Shown here piece by piece: positions 60,284 to 64,000 of a DNA stretch of 64,000 nucleotides. The translations under genes and the position numbers were made by a program. The stretch lies in the NCBI GenBank assembly GCA_013265495.1, contig MU057416.1, positions 428,545 through 492,544 of the forward strand, written 5' to 3'. Position 1 is the first letter of the stretch; each line of letters opens with the position of its first letter. Origin of the DNA: Vicugna vicugna. Its lineage: Eukaryota. The notes under the pieces were generated by a model. It was given only the letters and a program-made list of their open reading frames with translations, was not told where the DNA came from and made no database searches.

Positions 60284-60400
60284 ATGAGAACTGTGCATCA
60301 GAGTTTAAGTCCCAAGAGATGTTATCAGTCTGAACAGCCCAGTGAACAAATACTTGTGAGCCTCCTTCCAAATGAAATGTTCTACAGAAAGGTGGAAGTG
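60284..60400 (+). other. Candidate 117-nt exon (lncRNA or small ORF), not matched to any gene I recognise
   Basis: Acceptor ttttttttttcccag|ATG and donor GTG|GTAAGA (alternative AAG|GTAGGT after 60431). Frame 0 is open: MRTVHQSLSPKRCYQSEQPSEQILVSLLPNEMFYRKVEV. Confidence 0.3.
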
Positions 60401-60979
60401 GTAAGAGACCGTTGAAACGGTGGTTGAGAAGGTAGGTCTTTGTGGTACTGATGGGAAACGGGCGTTAGGGGAAAGCTGCCTCACCACACAGGAAACAGAA
60501 AAACTCTTGAAAGCATCTTGTCCAGCTGTGATGGAAGAATTTACATAGATAACATTTTAAAGCCAGAGAGTTTGCATGTACTCAACTGGTGACCAAGAAA
60601 GGAGGCGGTGACGGGGGGCAGGGAAAGGAAAATGTTTTAAGGTTACAAGAGCTGTCCACTGTGCATTTTGCAAATCACATACCTACCTATCTTCCCAGAA
60701 AAGATCTCTAAAATAAAGACTTACACTTCATCATATCGAAAGATGAGATGAGTTTCAACGGAGGTTAAAAAAAAAAGTTTACAAAACCAAAAGGAATTCA
60801 AAGAAGCATGTCGTCATTTCATAGAACTATTATGGAATGCCTTGAAATTAAAATATTTATGTTTTCTCTTTATAGATACGGGATAGATAGCAAATACCAA
60901 CATTTATAATAAGTGTTAAAAATGATAATACAATAAAGGTTCCCAACTTGGTGCTCACTTACGAGGACCTGCTTTGCTT

Positions 60980-61150
60980 TTGTGATTTCACTTAATTGTT
61001 TTGAAAATTTTGTGAGCTTAGAGCCACTCTCCGCATATTACAGATGAGACAGCTCTGCTCACAGCGGTCCAGGCTCTTGACCAAAGACCACAAGACGCAG
61101 GCTTTGACCCCAGGTGTGCTGAATTCTGCAATTTTTGCTTGTTAAGTATG
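60980..61150 (-). mobile_element. MIR SINE
   Basis: ccgcatattacagatgagacag...cttgaccaaagaccaca...gcaggctttgaccccaggt. Confidence 0.55.
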
Positions 61151-61241
61151 CTGTGCTACTTCCACGGTCCTATTCTGAACCATACTCAAAATCGTTACGT
61201 TCTGGTTTTGTTTAGTTCTGTCTTCTATTTTTAGTTACTTT

Positions 61242-61364
61242 AAAAAAAAATGGGGGGAGGGTAATGAGGTTTATTTCATTTATTTTAGGGGAGGCACTGG
61301 GGACTGAACCCAGGACCTTGTGCCTGCTGAGCACATGCTCTGCCACTGAGCTACACCCTCCCCC
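61242..61364 (-). mobile_element. Camelid tRNA-derived SINE (Vic-1-like) with 13-bp TSD
   Basis: ggcactggggactgaacccaggaccttgtgcctgctgagcacatgctctgccactgagctacaccctcccc. CTATTTTTAGTTA at 61225-61237 and 61365-61377. Confidence 0.92.
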
Positions 61365-62900
61365 CTATTTTTAGTTATTTTTTTCTTCTGGCATTTCAGT
61401 ATTTCATATGTATTTCCCATATATATCCACATATTTCATCCTTAGTGAAAACTCTGGAAACGCTCTTTCGGAGACATGTTTTTGCAGCTGCTGCTTTTCA
61501 TCGTTACTCTGTGTTTTACTCATCATTCTTCCACCAGATTTGATCGACTACCAGACTCATTTCATTCTGAACACTTTGAAACCAAACACACTTCAACAAT
61601 TTAATACTGTGGCTGCCACTCAAACTCTCACCTCTGTGTAAATAATCGTGTTTTACTGTGAAATATACGTGGGGAAAAACAAGCACAAAGCAGAAAACGA
61701 CCTAGAAATGAAACTCCTGAATAGCTTCAAGCAGTGGTTTTTCGTAATGTTCTCTTCTTCCAGTGAATTTGTCACAGTTTAAATGTGTTGGTAACTTGCT
61801 TAAGCAAAACAGGTACCATGACTGGGGGGGAGTCCCAGAGGGAAAGCCCTGATCTGTTCATCTCCAGCTGTCACTAACACAGAGCCTAACTCATCCCTAA
61901 GTCTTCTTCCATTGCTCATCCGTCTTCCAGCGACTTCTTGAACATAGGAAAGTCAACCTCTCTCTTTTTAAAGAGTGACAGGAAAGCTCTTCAGTGGTTT
62001 TCTTAACGTTGCTCCGTACTTCTGCGTCGCACTGTAACTGAGCTGACTTCAGCCTAAAAGATCATCCAAATGCTGTTTTACTGCTTTTCTGTGTTGCTAA
62101 ATGACTCACTTCTTGTAACACGTTTTTGTGTGTTTTACAAGCGTTCACAGTTCACGTGTGATGCGTAGCTTGGCCTGTCTGAGCTTTCCTGCCCGGGAGT
62201 GGTTACAGCTCAGCCTCTGGGAGGCGACCGTTCACACTGGGAAGTGGCTATGTTGGTAAACATTACTTCTTGCCTACAACTCTCTACAAGGTCCACAGTC
62301 CTCCTGCCATCAGTGCCTTGCATGCGGCTCTTTTGGAGTCTGAAATGTAATAGCTTCCCAGGATTAAAGCATTTCCATGAGAGGGAGCACGTGGAGCAAT
62401 GTAGTCCAGTCTTCTCATTTCACAGCGAGGCGAGCGCGACACAGCCCTTTACGTGCACTGAAGATTGGGTCAAGGCTCCAGCTGCTTTCTGGTTCCCAGT
62501 GCTGTGTGCTGAATTTAGCATAATTACTATCCGTTGGTTTCAGTCAATAAGGCTTCAAGCCCAAAGGCTCAGGACAGACGAGAAAGAAATGTTCAAGATA
62601 GTCTGAATGCCTTTTAAATGCCCAAATATTCCTGTTTTAGAGAAACACTATGGCGACATCAGAGGATTTGGTCAGATGTAAAGTTTGGACGTCCTCGTGG
62701 CCACCAATTCACACACATCCAGATTTGGAAGGCACAAATCTCTAAGAGCATCTGGAGACGATCCTGCTCTTCTTGGACTGGATCCTTAAGACAATTCCTT
62801 CTGCAGGGAACCACATGAAGCCACCAAAATGGAATAAACTCCCGTTAATAGGAAGGACTGCATATACACAGCCACGAATGAGGAAATACAAAGTCCATGA

Positions 62901-63366
62901 TTTTTTAAATTATTTTTTATTTTAGTCTAGTCAGTTTACAATGTTGCGCCGATTTCTGGTGTCCAGCATCATGTTTCAGTCACACATACACAGACATATA
63001 TTCCTTTTTGTATTCTTCTTCATGATAGGTTACAAGTTATTAAATATTAAATTCCCTGTGCTCTACAGAAGAACCTTGTAGTTTACCTGTTTTATAGACG
63101 GTAGTATCTGCAAATCTCGAACTCTCAGTTACGACTTTTTTCATGTGCTTATTGGCCATTCATATGTCTTCACTGGAGAATTGCTTGCTTACGTCTTCTG
63201 CCCATTTTTGGATTGGGTTATTTGGTTTTGTTACTAAGTTGTATGAGCTGTTTGTATATTCTGGAAATTAAGCCCATGTCAGTGGCATCATTTGCGTGAA
63301 ACATTATGCTGTACACCAGAAACTGACACAACCCTACAAACTGACTACATTTTTATATATATATGT
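62901..63366. mobile_element. Compound L1: antisense 3' end (62901-63130), antisense ORF2 piece (63136-63295), sense terminus (63296-63366)
   Basis: Three recognisable L1 segments with two L1 termini facing outward. Confidence 0.85.
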
Positions 63367-64000
63367 AAATTCTATGATTAATGACGTTGAGGATTTAATA
63401 CTTGGCTTCCGTAACAACATTTAACAGCCTCTTTCATCAGAAACATTTCTAGTGCTGCCCTTTCAATACAGCTCTTTGTCTGGTCTGGAACAAACTGGAG
63501 GAGACCTGGCAAAGCGCCTTTAGTCATGTATTTCAAATTCTTTAAGCATCTTTAATCTCATTCCTTCAACAGAATCTCTTTACTTTGTTCCGAAAGTTAA
63601 CAGTTCACAGTCTTTGAATCTGCATGTGGTCTGTCCTCTAACTCCCGCCCGGCACTCTTTTCTGTGCCTGTCTTTAAGCCCATGATGAAACTCAAAACTC
63701 ACAAGCAGGGTGACCTGGGCCACGTTTGAAGAGAAGCTCATTTTGATGTTTCCATCTGCGTGCTCTTTCTCTGCATTCCCACATCGCAGGGAGATGCTCT
63801 GATTTTCACTGTCTTTATTATTTATCTTGATCCATTCTGAACAAATAGCTAGTCCCCGCATGCCAATTTCAATTAATTCCTTGTTGAATCAAAGAGGTGC
63901 TCACACATACGGACTCACACAGAAAACCTGGGGTCCCTGCGAGTGTACCACATGTATTTTATCCACGTGCACAAGTAACAATTTTTGCACCGCACATTTT

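Noticed and set aside
61896..62053. Minus-strand acceptor (gatcttttag|GCTGAAG) followed by about 51 open codons, a possible last exon of a gene beyond the window
   Set aside because: Short polypyrimidine tract, peptide not recognised, and no matching upstream exon in 62-64 kb.
1..64000. A novel multi-gene system, a domesticated retroelement gene, or a named flanking gene
   Set aside because: All RT, protease and integrase traces are broken by stops and frameshifts with mutated catalytic motifs. No intact CDS was found, and nothing in the sequence lets me identify the locus by name.

Overview
This is mammalian, almost certainly camelid, genomic DNA: it carries two tRNA-derived SINEs matching the camelid Vic-1 family and camelid/artiodactyl-type L1 3' ends. 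I recognise no intact protein-coding gene, tRNA, rRNA or CRISPR array. The supplied ORFs are explained by GC-rich composition, microsatellites, an assembly gap (N 16536-16705) or decayed retroelements. The window contains (1) many repeats: L1, L2, CR1/L3, MIR, HAL1-like, ERVL/MaLR LTRs, and a decayed ERVL gag-pro-RT-IN segment at about 48.1-50.6 kb; (2) several gene-less CpG-rich islands at about 18, 23-25, 34, 44.5 and 55 kb; and (3) repeat-free, homeodomain-motif-rich blocks that look like developmental enhancers at about 13.5, 26.5 and 56.8 kb. Together these suggest an intergenic regulatory landscape, possibly with spliced lncRNAs. I found no convincing novel multi-gene system. The most interesting signals are strong local A/T-to-G/C conversion of repeats (probable GC-biased gene conversion building CpG patches), a perfect 3x54-bp duplication whose junctions create CRE-like sites, several mechanistically informative retrotransposon junctions, and testable lncRNA exon and enhancer candidates. 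Repeat family names come from my recall of consensus sequences, not from a database search, and the boundaries of old repeats are approximate.
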